Counted from the first letter of the whole stretch, positions 15,003 through 27,660 are shown. The stretch: DNA of 63,761 bases, filler included, from Octopus bimaculoides (GCF_001194135.2; 10 parts of 10 records of this genome joined end to end with filler, not necessarily neighbours in it); one strand, 5' to 3'. Program-made: numbers and translations. The notes: generated by a model not told the origin, from the sequence alone.

Positions 15003-15102
15003 NNNNNNNNNNNNNNNNNNNNNNNNNNNNNNNNNNNNNNNNNNNNTTAATTAATTAANNNNNNNNNNNNNNNNNNNNNNNNNNNNNNNNNNNNNNNNNN
15101 NN
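15003..15102. other. Assembly spacer: 44 N + TTAATTAATTAA + 44 N. The 12-mer also occurs at 26785, 29366, 35220, 37212, 41641, 46157, 58908 and 61752
   Basis: Nine identical palindromic 12-mers with stops in all six frames, each in the middle of an N run. This is a non-biological gap marker. Confidence 0.95.
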
Positions 15103-15115
15103 TATTATTATTATT

Positions 15116-15181
15116 CAGGAATCGAATCGGAATCTTAGGGTTAGTAGCCCGAGCTCTTAACCACTACGACATATGCCCGTG
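15116..15181 (-). mobile_element. Isolated tRNA-like SINE head between (AAT)n arrays
   Basis: Minus strand reads CACGGGCATATGTCGTAGTGGTTAAGAGCTCGGGCTACTAACCCTAAGATTCCGATTCGATTCCTG, with A-box-like (TAGTGGTTAAG) and B-box-like (ATTCGATTCC) motifs. Confidence 0.55.
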
Positions 15182-15182
15182 A

Positions 15183-15264
<82 letters not shown>

Positions 15265-15265
<1 letters not shown>

Positions 15266-15445
15266 TCAAAAAATACCTTAGGAATGAGAACCCAGGTTCG
15301 AAATTTCCCCAAGACACCTGATGAAGGCTGGAGGATATATCAGCCGAAACGTTGTGTTAACAACGAACAAGATGAGGACAAATATCCGTCAAATGTAAAT
15401 AATGTGCACAATTCCTCATCTCTTAAATATAGAACCGTATAGATC
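15265..15445 (+). mobile_element. Solo Penelope-like pLTR/3' tail remnant carrying a hammerhead
   Basis: Short repeat-like unit after (AAT)n containing the hammerhead at 15313-15358. Minimal hammerheads in PLE pLTRs are established; assigning this unit to a PLE is inference. Confidence 0.5.
15313..15358 (+). ncRNA. Minimal type-I hammerhead ribozyme
   Basis: GACAC (stem I) CTGATGA A GGCTG gaggatatat CAGCC (stem II) GAAAC GTT^GTGTT (stem I'). All core nucleotides are present and stem III is the palindrome ACGT. Confidence 0.7.
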
Positions 15446-16068
15446 TTTGTTAGTATTGCGAAGGGTTGTTTAAATCCTTTTCATTCAAAGTACAGAATGT
15501 CTAGTCCTCACAGAAAATGAGTAATTCCTTCAAACATGATTTAGTTGCTATTTTTAAAAGATCGAATGTCTTATAAAAACGTTTATCATAATTTGTTGTA
15601 TACTTTGGTTGCATAACTAAATACAATGTCCCTAAAAATCATTAACCATCAAACATGTGATTTTCTTCATCGGCGTGTCTCCACTTCATGGGATCCCTAC
15701 CTATCCATACACTTTTTAAATCATTTTTGTTTCAAATAGTTTTTTTTTTAGAGTAAAGATTTACCGACATAATATGGCAGTCCTGGTTAGGACGAGTGTT
15801 ACTGTTATTTAGCCCCAGGAAACATCGTCTCCACCTGACTATACCACACACTATCTGCGTCCTTATATTTTTGAACATGACTTTTTTTTGTTCAAAATAT
15901 ATCCTCCTCCCCAAAAATTTCAGGCGCTTTTTACCTTGATATGAGATCACCATGTTGCGCACATATGGTTGTGATGTGTGTGTATGATGTACCCTTAGCT
16001 GACGAGTAGACAAGCTGGCTATAAATATTGGGTTTTGGTATATTTGTACCCCAGTGTCACTTTCTCAC

Positions 16069-16128
<60 letters not shown>

Positions 16129-16138
16129 TAAACCTATT

Positions 16139-16341
16139 ATAGGCACAAGGCCTGAAATTTTGGGGGAGGGGGCTAGTCGATTACACCGATCCCAGTATTT
16201 GATTGGTACTTATTTTATTGGCCCCGAAGGACGCAAGGCAAAGTTATTCTCGATGGCATTTGAACTCAGAACATAAGGACGGACGAAATTCCGCTAAGCA
16301 TTTTGTCCGAAGTGCTAACAATTCTGCCAGCTCACCGCCTC
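16139..16341 (-). mobile_element. SINE family B copy inside (AAT)n arrays
   Basis: Reverse complement of the 10371 and 35327 copies (CTGCCAGCTCACCGCC, TTTGAACTCAGAAC, GGCACAAGGCC). Confidence 0.85.
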
Positions 16342-16410
<69 letters not shown>

Positions 16411-16599
16411 CCTTTCTACTGTAGGCACAAGGCCCTAAATTTAGGGAAATGAGTCAGATCTAACCCATAACTTGACTAGTAGTTTACGATCTTCACCGAT
16501 AAAGAGAGGAAGTTCAGACGTCTAAATCAACCCCGATGATATTCGAACGTATGTTCTCGAAGAAAGCGTGAATAATCTTATATCGCTAATCTTCACAGA

Positions 16600-17125
16600 T
16601 AGAGTCTCTGGTATCCTATTGGTAAGAGTCAATGTGACAGGCACCAAATGTCTTCTTCAGAGAGCCATTGTGCCTTTTCTTTGGTGGCTTCTGTCACAGC
16701 GGCCAGTGGAGAGTTCGCCCAATCTAGAGTAACGTACCCTGGAAGTGTACCCTGTCAAATGCTATTGCGACATTAAAAGTATCACCTCGATACTGATGCT
16801 GATAGCAACGTTTCTCCGGTGTATGGAAACGCTCAAATGCACAGCTGTCCTACAAGAGGTGATCAGTATAATGGCTTTCTGTACACGCTGATCTTGATGT
16901 CTTTCCTATAACGTTTGCTGTTTCAAACTTTTGTACAGTTTGCTGAATGATCTCTTAGCCGTTGTCAATTTCTTGTCCATCTCTTTACTAATCTTGGCTG
17001 GCGGGGAACTTCTGCCTTCTTCAAGCTGACTTGCAATCCAGAGATTGTCACCGTCTGTGAAGCAAGATGTTACATAATCTACAGCTAACTCTGAAAGGGC
17101 AACAAAAGCAGCATCGTCGGTAAGT
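16600..17125 (-). mobile_element. RTE-clade LINE remnant (RT C-terminus and thumb), internally deleted and frameshifted
   Basis: Minus-strand pieces LTDDAAFVALSE (decayed FADD), GLQVSLKKAEV, AKISKEMDKKLTTAKRSFSKLYK, GELSTG, KKRHNGSLKKTFGACHID occur in the canonical RTE order. Confidence 0.85.
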
Positions 17126-17170
17126 GTTGTTATCTCTCTCTCTATCTCTCTATCTCTCTCTCTCTCTCGC

Positions 17171-17201
<31 letters not shown>

Positions 17202-18377
17202 AACACAGAAGAAGAGGAAGAGAGAAAGGTGGAGAGAGAGAAAGGTGGAGAGAGAGACAGTGTGTGTGTGCGCGTTACTTTATCACTAATCAACCAATCA
17301 GTCAGCTAGCAATGAATCTGTAAAGTTGAGAAAAACAAATGTGCAAAGAAAAGTAATTTTTTCTTTCCTCTTTTTAGTTTTGTTTTTGCTTTTGTTTTGT
17401 TTTTTGTTTTTTTTTTATTTTTGCTTTTGCTTTTGTTGTTGTTGTCTTTGTCATTTTGAATATCCCTGCAGTGAGTACATAGGAAAATTGCAGTCGAGAT
17501 TCGAAATTGATAAGTCTCTTAATCAAAGCAACAGTTAATAACATATGGCCAAACTGAAAGCTTTGGTTTAATCGATGGGAAAAAAAAAGCTATATGAGAC
17601 AAGATAGCAGTGATTACGTTAGAATAGATAGATAAACAGATAGATAAACAGATAGATAGATAAAGTGTAGTTAAATAAAGTTTAATATGGACAGAGTAAC
17701 TAAAAACTTTTTTTCTTTTCTATAAGAATATATTGGGTATACTTAAGATAAATGTTAAACATTGCATCCTGAATGATGTAAAGAAAAATATTATAAGCAA
17801 CGTCTTAGATAACGTACAATATATTGATGATTGCCTGTAAAACGAAAAGGGTATAAAAGATTAAAACGAGGTTTCATTTGAAGTGAAATAAAAGTCAATT
17901 TACTTCTTAAAGATAACTAAATCACCACAGAGAAAGAAAAAATGTTTTTGTTGTTTATTGCTTTTTGTTTGTTATACTTTTATGAATTTTATTTCTCTTA
18001 TTCTTGTTGGTGGTGAATTGGTGGTGGTGGTGATGGTGGTTTTTCGAAATCTGATGGATGAAAAGTACTGTTATTAGAGTAGAGGTTAGTATGTCTAGTG
18101 GAGGACATGTGTTATCTGCGTATCTGAGAGAGACAGACAGCCAGACGGGAGAGCGCGCGGGTGAGTTTATACTATTATATCTGTCTATGTCAACAAGTGT
18201 ACTATCACAATGTGTAAATATCTATATCTTAGAATGATTTCTAAACAGATGCAATTCTACTAACCTCGTCCATGATTAGGCACATACCATTAAATCGACC
18301 CCACAACATTTAAAGTCAAAGTCGACGTCATTAGATTTTGAACACAAAACATAGAAAGACAAAAAAGACCAAATCTC

Positions 18378-18510
18378 TGTGGTTCAGTAATCTGCTTTGC
18401 AACCACGTGATTTCGGGTTCGGTTCCATTGTGAGGCACCTCCGGCTAGTGTCTTCTCCTAGAGCCCCGGGTTGACCAGTACCTTGTGAATGAATTTGGTT
18501 GACGGAAATT
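18378..18510 (+). mobile_element. SINE family A head fragment
   Basis: AACCACGTGATTTCGGGTTCGGTTCC...GAATTTGGTTGACGGAAA. Confidence 0.65.
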
Positions 18511-18879
18511 GATATCAAATAAGCAGTAAATTATTCAGTCTGACGTTCTGAGGTTTACAAGTCACCACTTTATTATTGTAGCAGAATAAAAATTTCTGAT
18601 ACTATCACAAAACCAAAAGTTGTTTTTATTTAGCTCCTTGTTAATTCTGATCAAGTATGAAAGGCATCCTAATCTTCACCCTCGCCACCTTGTCTTTTCA
18701 GACAAAGTTTTTGATCCCATGGCCAGGTGTTTCCTTCCCCTTTTTTTAAACAGGTGGTAAACTGCGATTTGAAAGAGATTTGGTTGCCATTTTGAACAGA
18801 TCAAATAAGTGCGTAGCTTTTTCTTCGGTGATCGGAACTCTTGCATACAGTAGCACACAGAATTGGCTACCGATGTTGG

Positions 18880-19027
18880 CTAGTTTACGTTCCAGTACCT
18901 TAAGTGGTTCGGCAAAAGACACCGATAGAATAAGTACCAGACTTTAAAAAATAAGTACTGGAGTAGATTTTGGCTGTGCTCCAGCTTGGCCGCAGTCCAA
19001 TGACTGAAACAAGGAAAAGATAAAAGC
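18880..19027 (+). mobile_element. SINE family A tail fragment
   Basis: GGTTCGGCAAAAGACACCGATAGAATAAGTACC...AATGACTGAAACAAG. Confidence 0.75.
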
Positions 19028-19493
19028 TAACTAAATACCACGCACATTCTGTATGTTGCTCTAATGACTCTTCCATTCTCTGACCTCTTGGAGCACAGCT
19101 TGTAATGATGACCAGTTACTTAGTGCCATGGCTCCCGGTTTTACAGGCAGGTTGTTCTGATATCTTACTACAAGAATAAGTGACGTAAAACCGGATTACA
19201 GGTGCAAATTATTGGGAGATTCGAAATTATTCAACATGAAACTCTGTGAAATTCATGCATAACTCAGAAGCATCAACAGCGTATCTATAATTAATCCACG
19301 AGATATGGAAACCTGGTGGCAGATATAAATTGCAATGGGTGAATCTCACAAAGTAACTACAAACATTTTGGGGACCAATTTTTCATGTGTATATATAGAC
19401 GTAGGTATTAGGAAATAATTACAAAACGAAGATAACATGGGAAAGACAATTTTAACAAATGTATGAGTGTAACGCTTAAAAAGAAGGGGTAAG

Positions 19494-19527
19494 TTTGACG
19501 TTTCGGACGCTAATCTTTCATCAGAAA
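19494..19527 (-). ncRNA. Minimal hammerhead-like motif with a weak stem II
   Basis: Minus strand reads TTT CTGATGA AAGATTAGCGTCC GAAAC GTC^AAA: intact core, GUC triplet, 3-bp stem I and about 2 bp of stem II. Confidence 0.45.
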
Positions 19528-19587
19528 GATAGAGAATGGAAATAGAAAAGATGGTGGAAAACGAAAAATGTTACGGACCAGGTGGAA

Positions 19588-19632
<45 letters not shown>

Positions 19633-22600
19633 GGCATTTATATATATCTTTTTCATATGTGAAGTTTATTACATTAACAAAATTAGTTTATATTCTAGCA
19701 TGCACCATTAATCGAAAGGGAAACATTGTCTGAAGAATAAGTGAATATTAAGTGCGAAGCTAATCAATTTCTTTATATTAAATTCCACTTTTTCGGTGGA
19801 TGTTTACCAAAGGGGAAGTATTTGTTTTTAATTTCAGACCTTGAATTATTAAAAAAATTTAAATATGAGACTCTTCTCAGTTGTACAAATGTCACATCTT
19901 TTATTCCGGTTCTTCAATGGTCTAATTCTCTCAAGTATTTCTCTTAATGCTGAAATCAGTAGCACGTATCTTTTTTTTTTTTTTAATGGTTCATGTAACG
20001 GGACAATTCTGTTACCTTCTACTCTGCTACTCTTCTAAAGAAAGAAATACGAATTAAACTTTGTTTAAATTTACCTTCTACCATCCCTATAATGTACTTA
20101 GAAACTAAATCAAGTTTGATTTGATGACGATAATATATGTTTGCCCTAGCAGAGGCATACATTATTCTATCAGCATACACAGTTTGCCATTGTCAATTTT
20201 GCAGGTTTGAAATATTAAAATTTCATGTGAACAGTGAAGTTGTAATTCAATTTAAGATTGTTCATATTAAATATTTTTCTACTTACCAGTTAAGGCTAGA
20301 AAATTCTTAACAATATTGGACATAATGTTTAAAGAAAAGAGATGTGAACCAGATGATGTTATAGCACCTCTTCTTTTTGTGAGATGACAAAGAGTTAGGA
20401 GCACCAATAATTTTATCTTTGAGTCTTCTTGATTCTAGTAATTTATTATAGTAAGAGTCTGTGTTATCGGAAATATACTTATTCAATAAGAATAGTCTAC
20501 TAATATTTCAATTGGATTTTTAATTTGACTTTTATAAGCTATTGGCAGGTGACAGGAGTTTATAGTAATATATGTAAGGTTTTATTTAGAAAAGTTCGTA
20601 TTCAATTCGACAAGAATAACTAAGAAATTAGACACAGGTGTTTTAGACCGAAATAATTGAAGGTGATAACAAAGTCTTTTCTAAATGTATCTCAATTATA
20701 TCTACTAGTATTGAGATTAATTTTTTGAAACTAGCTGTCAAGAGGAAACTAGCAGAATGAGACATCGACAGAGAGAAACAGTCTGGTAACGGGGATTCTT
20801 TAACTCAGCAACATTTTAATTCTCACTTATCGGTTGTGAAAGTTGGCTCGAAAATAGGTTTGTACGAATGAAAGTTATGATTTATGTACTGCAGAAAAGA
20901 GTCCAATAGTAAAAAAAAATTGCAATTCTGCTATCCAAATGGAAAATCTGCGGTTTTTTTCAAACTGTGAACACTGTGATCAATTTTTCCTGAAAAATTA
21001 GAATTTAATATTACAACCTGATTACACGTTTAAAATTCATTTATTAGTACCATATTACTTACTTTACTGTTAACAGAGCAGTTCTTTCTCTCTTTATGAA
21101 GAATTGGAGTGGCTAATTTTTGACATATACAAGTGTGTGTATATAAGGGTATTAAATAGAAAAATATTAGTTGGCGTTACTAAACTCATTTTACCTCTAT
21201 TTTCATTTGTATATTTTCTGGTTTTTTTCCTTTTTCTCATCACTTCCCCACCTCATCCATTTTTTTCTTTTGTTTCTTTTCCATAGTCTCCTCCATCTTT
21301 GTCACTTATTCTTTATTTTATGTTTATATACATTTTTTATGCTGCAACTACGAAAATGAAACAACTCATATTTATACGTCATTAACTGTGCATCTCATAT
21401 TACTTGGATATCTTCTTTGAAGTAATGAAACAATTGTAAGTCGTAGTTTGGGTTTTCTTATTAGGGTGTCTTCGAAATATCTCGTTCATCGTTTGTAACT
21501 AATAAACAGCATATAGTTTTTACAAGTGCTTTGTTTTTTCTTTTGTATCCTTTTTCCGAAAGTTCTCTTTTAGAAGTGATGGCTTCACAATTTCATTAGA
21601 TATTTTTTCTTTGAAAAGTCACAAATGTCGCCAATGATCTACAGCTAGAACACTGAATCTATATTACAAGTACTTTCTATTATATTGGAGAATTTTTCAC
21701 TAATCTTCAAAATTGTTATTTTATCGTATTTGATTTTCCAGAACTGCTTGAACGATTTTTCCTCGTGATAACAATGGTTTTACGATTAGATATCAATAAC
21801 AAAAAAAAACTTCAAAAGACATAAGTACTGGGGGCGATATGATCGACCGAATCCCTTAAAGGTGTTGCCCCAGCTTGGCCTCAGCCCAATAACAGAATTC
21901 TGTAAAAGAAATATAGCAGTTTAACTAACAACTTATTAGTTTAGTTTAGTTTACCTTACCGCAAAAAGTTAATTTGATAAGGAAAGAGTATGGAACTTTG
22001 TCATGTTCTTGCATTTCCCAAAATCTTTAAAGGTGTTTTTTTTTAATATTGTTTTTCGCTTTTAAACGAATCGTGCTGCACAGTACAGCGCTCCGTCCAT
22101 GTCTACCATTTTGGATTTCACTGGGTAGGTTTGTTGCATGTTAGATGAAAAGAAGCTGCTCGCCACTAGCTCAGCTTTCCTCCATTTCTTGGAGACAAGT
22201 GGCCCAATAAGCGGGCGTTGTCACAGAGCAATGTCGTCTATTTTGAAAAAGAGAAAAAAGATTCACCCTGGCGTTTGACTGATACTTAAATAATCGACCC
22301 CACTCCGTAAAGATAAAAGGTGAAGTTGAACAGGACAGGATTTCAACTCAGAACACAAAGCACCGCAACAGTTGTTCAACTCATTCACGATTCCGCCAGT
22401 TGACTTCCTTTTTAGATGTGTAAAAAAAAAAAGGGAAAATAGATTTCAGTCGAGAATCGAGACGCCATTGTTGTGTTTTGAAAATGTGATTTTCAACATA
22501 GACAGAAAACCACAAATTTAATGGGCAGGGAAGTCATTGTATCGAACCCAGGAGGACGACAAGTAAAGTTGACCTTAAACGAACTTAGGTGTGTCTGTGG

Positions 22601-22785
22601 ATTACTCAGCCACTTAGACTTAGGAAATCAGTTGGCCGATCAATGTTTATTCCTCGTCGAGACGGACATAATCCATTTAGGAGTTGGCTCATCTTGTAGA
22701 GCTGGGTGAAAATCAGATCAGTTTTCGATTTCCAGCAGTAATCTTTCAGTTGATATAGATCGTTAACATTCTCGAGGAATAAAGC

Positions 22786-23170
22786 TACGAGCAGGCAATC
22801 GTTAGCACGTCGGGCAAAATGCTTAACGGCATTTCTTCCAACCCTTTACGTTCTGAGTTCAAATTCTACTGAGGTCGACTTTAACTTTCATCCTCTCGAG
22901 GTCGATACTCCCTCCCCCAAAATTACTGGCCTTGTGCCAAATTTTGAAATCAATATTTTCGGGGAAGAAGCTTACGACCTGGGAAAATTGCTAGCGTTAC
23001 CGGACAACATGATTGGTGACATTTATTCAGATTTTTTACATTCTGAGTTCCAATTTCGCCGAGGTCGACCTTTCATCCTTTTGAAGTCAATACAATAAGT
23101 ACCAGTTCAGTACTGGGTCGATGTAATTCCCTAGCATCATCCCCAAAATTTCAAGCCTTGCGGTAGAAAG
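22786..23170 (+). mobile_element. Two adjacent decayed SINE family B copies
   Basis: The unit CTGAGTTC(A/C)AATT..CCGAGGTCGAC...CCTTG occurs twice (about 22786-22945 and 22975-23170). Confidence 0.75.
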
Positions 23171-23569
23171 GAAAACAAAATATATCCTCGAGAAAGGCAT
23201 GCAAAACCAGAAGCCTAGCATCTGTGAAAGGAAACAATTTTATATGAATATTATCGATAAGTTACATTGTCTCACTCGAAACAGTTCAGTAAAAATATAA
23301 TTCAATTGTTGGCAGAAATAAAACTATATTTCGGTCAATTAGATTATCTGTCAAGTGTGGAATATATGAAACTTATTTACTAATGACGTCGTTAAGGGAA
23401 GCGATACAATAATATTAACTGGAGTGACAGTCAGCTGAATGATGATAACGGTTTATTGTACGAGAGGAGAATAGGGAATAGGTTGTTATTGTTGTCGTTC
23501 TTTATTCCTTGGTTAATCCTGGTTGTCCAGACCAATGAAGAAATTATTTCCATCTGCAACCATCTGTAT

Positions 23570-23690
23570 CAGTGGTTCTCATCCAGGGTATGTGTGATCC
23601 CGGAGGGGTCCATATACGATTTCTTATGGGGCGAGGTCCACGCAAGCAAATAGTTAATTGGAATCCACAGTAGGGTTCATGAAAACATTT
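23570..23690 (+). mobile_element. Left end of an hAT/Charlie-like MITE
   Basis: Starts CAGTGGTTCTCA, a typical Charlie-type terminus. No partner end was found. Confidence 0.35.
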
Positions 23691-26175
23691 TGCTTTAGTT
23701 GTATTTATTGCAGAAAATTACTTGGTTTCTTTTTCTAACGCTTAACATAGTTCAACATGTTTCTGGCCCTGAAATATGTTCTCTCAGAGAGATTTATTGA
23801 AAATCCACACAAGTGAACGTGTGAAAAACAAAATTGGTATTTTGAAAGAAGTATCTGTAAAGCTAGTTTTTAAACATCGAATGGCTATGAGAGTCCACCA
23901 AAGTAAAATAGATTCTATCCCATCACAGAGTGTACACAGAACTACGTTATCAAATATGTCCTCTCTCTTTAAGCTGATATCAATGTGATTCGAGAAATAT
24001 TTGGCTGCTAATTTTAGCAGGTCGAGCAGCCACGCTAGAAGCATTTAACCATTTGCCTTCATTGGTATTACACTTTGTCCATTAACCCACATACTCAATC
24101 TTTTCTGTATCCAGTCATCAAACTATAAATAGATATCAAGAGTATGCTTCCGCTGACCTTTGTAAGCAGGAGAAATATATATGTTGACGAATGTGCTCAG
24201 GGTTAAAAATCTACCAAAATGTGGTCTTCACTAAGGATTCAAACGAATCTAATGAATTATAGAACTCATTATCAAGATTTTAAGTGAAAACTAACAACGA
24301 TCTCTTAATTAGGAACAATTTAAATTGACTGAAATTTACTTTGAAGTGCTTAAATGAAGTATTAATAAGGCTTTCAGTATTAAATATGGTAGTATCGCTA
24401 ATGTGACTAAGCTTAGTCATGCATATAGCATCCCTGACTAATTTTCTTCTTAATTTATTCACTAAAGTACGCTAATTTACTCGTGTACAATATTGTACAT
24501 CTTCCTAGAGATTATCTCATCACCGCTTTGGTAAGTACGGTGGATTCTATGCAACTCTAAAGAGGACTAACAGCGTCAAAATATGTCCGGAATTATCTCC
24601 CTTGCTTGCCGAATGATTAAAGTAATATTAGTCATTCGTTAATAATACCTTTCCTTCTCTTCGTAATTAGTTCTAATGCTCCTTGCATTAAATATTATAA
24701 CTCTGACTTGAAATATAGTTTTAAACTTCTTCGGTGGAGGTGAATCACTAATGATGGTAAGATAGCTCTTTGCACATTAGATTCTGTATCAGAAGTAGAA
24801 AATATAAAAGACATTTAAATTCTTGAATCCGTTGCCCAAAATAAATTCTACAGACAATGTAAATGCTAAATTCTATCCTCCATCTACTTCTAGTAGGTTT
24901 TTCCCATAAACCTTTCATAAAAAAGCTGAAACTTTGAAATCTCACGATTTCGAAACCATCTCCAAACCATTTTGAAACCAATGTTTGTTTAAACAACGAG
25001 AACAAGAAATAGAGTAAACGCAAAAAAGCCTTCTGGTACTCCTTTGTAGCTGAGTACACTGGAGTAACGTAAAATTAAATACTTTACCCAACACACCACT
25101 CAGTCCAGGAATTAAACTTACGGCCTTAAGATCCTGGAGTCAACATCCTAAGCACTAGATCGCATGTTTTCATTTATACATATCAACCAAGTACCTGATG
25201 CACAAAAGGGATAGAGATGCAGGAAAAGCAGAACTTAATTGAACATGCATCGAGTTATGTCCCTTCACATGAAGAAGATAATTTTACTATTCGGAAAAAT
25301 AAACGCCATTAAAAGTGTACCGAACTGAAAACTAAGTAATAGAATCGATATGACTGGCTTAAAAAATTCATTCATTCTTGAAAAGATTAAAACGAAATAT
25401 GACAAACGGTGGCCTCCAATACAACTGATATTTTTTCTTTCTTTTTTTCAGACACACTGTTCCAGTCAAAAATGTTGCTTTATAATGAACTCAGACACAC
25501 AATCTTATTCAACGATTATAATTTTTTTGCTTTCACGTATTTTATAATTAATCTTGTATTTTTCCTGTTCTGTTTTGTTTTCGCTTCTTCTCTCTTTCCT
25601 AATGAATTATCAAAGCATTACTAAATAAACTAATATAAAAATTTCAGAGGTTTCAATTTTATCAAGCCGAGAATGAGTTCGTTAAATTATGACACGGATA
25701 ATTTTATTTTCCTTCTTTTTTATTCTGTGATTTCTGCTGACCTAAATAAATTGTGAAATTTAATTGGATTGTTGCGAGTAAGAAACACAAAGACATAAAT
25801 CTGGTTTTCTGATCTATTATATCCAAACAAAGCAGAACTCCAGTCGATATAACAATGAATATATTGTGTATTTTAATAAAATATTGTATTGCTTTCTGCA
25901 GATATTTCATACCCAAGTATCAATGTGGACACACAATCACTCTTCTAGCCAATGATTGATTCATGGATTTCGATTTTTAACGCTGAGCACCAAGTTGTAA
26001 CATTAACATTACCACAAAACAGTGACGGAATCTTTTTACGTGATCATTCTACCTGCAAGTTACAATAGCCAAATTTTCCTCAAGTCACACTCTCACACTT
26101 TTCTCTCTTGAAAAGAGAAGAGCATACTGAATAATATAATCCCAGATATATTATGACTTATAGAAGAACGTGTTC

Positions 26176-26214
<39 letters not shown>

Positions 26215-26635
26215 TTAATCTCCCGGTTATTCCATCTCGTGCATGGAATTCTCCAATGTCCTCTATCGACGGCGTGTTCTTGTACCTGATGTTCTCGTCT
26301 TGCTCTGATTATTTGTACCATTCTTTCGCTAATTGTTTTGGATGCCTGTGTCGTCGTGAGCAAACACAGGTACCTTCTGGCACCTCTCACTCTCGACCCA
26401 GCAGAATATAGGAGATATGACAGCTAGAAAGAGAGAGAAAGCGAGCTGCATTATCACCGGCTGTTGATCATTTTTAACTGAGTAGAATGGAGTAATGTAA
26501 AGAGAAGTGCTTTGTTCAAGTACGTAATATGATGTCTAATGAAGGAATTAAACCTGCGGCCATACGACCATGGAGCCAACAATCTAACCATTGGATTACA
26601 TGTTTCTACTTATAAAGATAGATAGATAGATACAT

Positions 26636-26740
26636 TTCTTTTATTAGCCACACAGGGCTCAACGAAGATGGGACAAATACAATGTAGAGCTTTTCTTTTT
26701 GGGAGGGGGAAAGAAAAAAAAAGGGGGGGTCGATCAAAAG
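26636..26740 (-). mobile_element. 3' tail of a non-LTR retrotransposon, cut by a gap
   Basis: Minus strand ends TTGTATTTGTCCCATCTTCGTTGAGCCCTGTGTGGCTAATAAAAGAAAT, the same terminal motif as the SINE B tail and 47205-47236. Confidence 0.45.
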
Positions 26741-27038
26741 NNNNNNNNNNNNNNNNNNNNNNNNNNNNNNNNNNNNNNNNNNNNTTAATTAATTAANNNN
26801 NNNNNNNNNNNNNNNNNNNNNNNNNNNNNNNNNNNNNNNNATATACTAACACCTGCATGCATACATACATATATATACATACATACATATGTCTATATGT
26901 ATATTTAAACATACATCATGGCATACAAATACATATTTATAAACATATACTAACACCTGCATGCATACATACATATATATACATACATACATGTATACAT
27001 ACATACATACATACATACATACATACGTACACATCTAC

Positions 27039-27403
27039 GGCACTCCGTCGGTTACGACGACGAGAGTTCAAGTTGATCCAATCAACGGAAAGCCTGCTTG
27101 TGAAATTAACGTGCAAGTGGCTGAGCACTCCACAGACACGTGTACCCTTAATATAGTTGTGTGAGAGATTCAGCGTGACACAGAGTGTGACATGGCTGGC
27201 CCTTTGAATTACAGGCACAACACAAACAGGAAGTAAGAGTGAGAGAAAGTTGTGGTGGAAGAGTACAGCAGGGTTCGCCACCATCCCCAGCCGGAGCCTC
27301 GTGGAGCTTTAGGTGTTTTCGCTCAATAAACATTCACTGCGCCCGGTCTGGGAATCGAAACCGCTATTCTGTGACCCTAACCACTGGGCCATTGAGTCTC
27401 CAC
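27039..27403 (-). mobile_element. Full-length tRNA-headed SINE, family C
   Basis: Reverse complement of 34183-34564 along its full length. Confidence 0.9.
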
Positions 27404-27581
27404 TACATACACGTATATATGTAAATATATATACGTGTGTGTGTGTGTGCGTGTGTGTGTGTGTGCGAGTATGTGTCTGTTACGGTGTATGTATGTACAT
27501 TATAACATACATTATAATGTATGTGTGTACATCGTAACAGATAAAGAACAAGGATAACATTTGGCATCATTCAAGAAGGAG

Positions 27582-27660
27582 CTCCCAGGGTGAATGGTGC
27601 GTTTGGTATTTCCATGCTCGATCATGGAAATACCAAATACTCCTATCTTTCACCCTGGAG
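27582..27660. repeat. Palindromic hairpin (MITE-like or pre-miRNA-sized)
   Basis: Perfect 15-bp arms TTTGGTATTTCCATG (27602-27616) and CATGGAAATACCAAA (27623-27637) with a 6-nt loop, plus outer 10-bp arms CCAGGGTGAA/TTCACCCTGG. Confidence 0.85.

Noticed and set aside
17112-17126. Splice donor CG|GTAAGT suggesting an exon at 16.6-17.1 kb
   Set aside because: It is the antisense of the decayed RT motif (LTDDAA) of the RTE remnant.
18130-18166. Possible non-coding exon ending GCGCGG|GTGAGT
   Set aside because: No acceptor or promoter evidence; a single donor-like motif is insufficient.
26843-26990. ~103-bp-period duplication of ATACTAACACCTGCATGCATAC...; similar symmetry around the short gap at 34103
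   Set aside because: Microsatellite-embedded and next to gaps; slippage or local misassembly is more likely than function.
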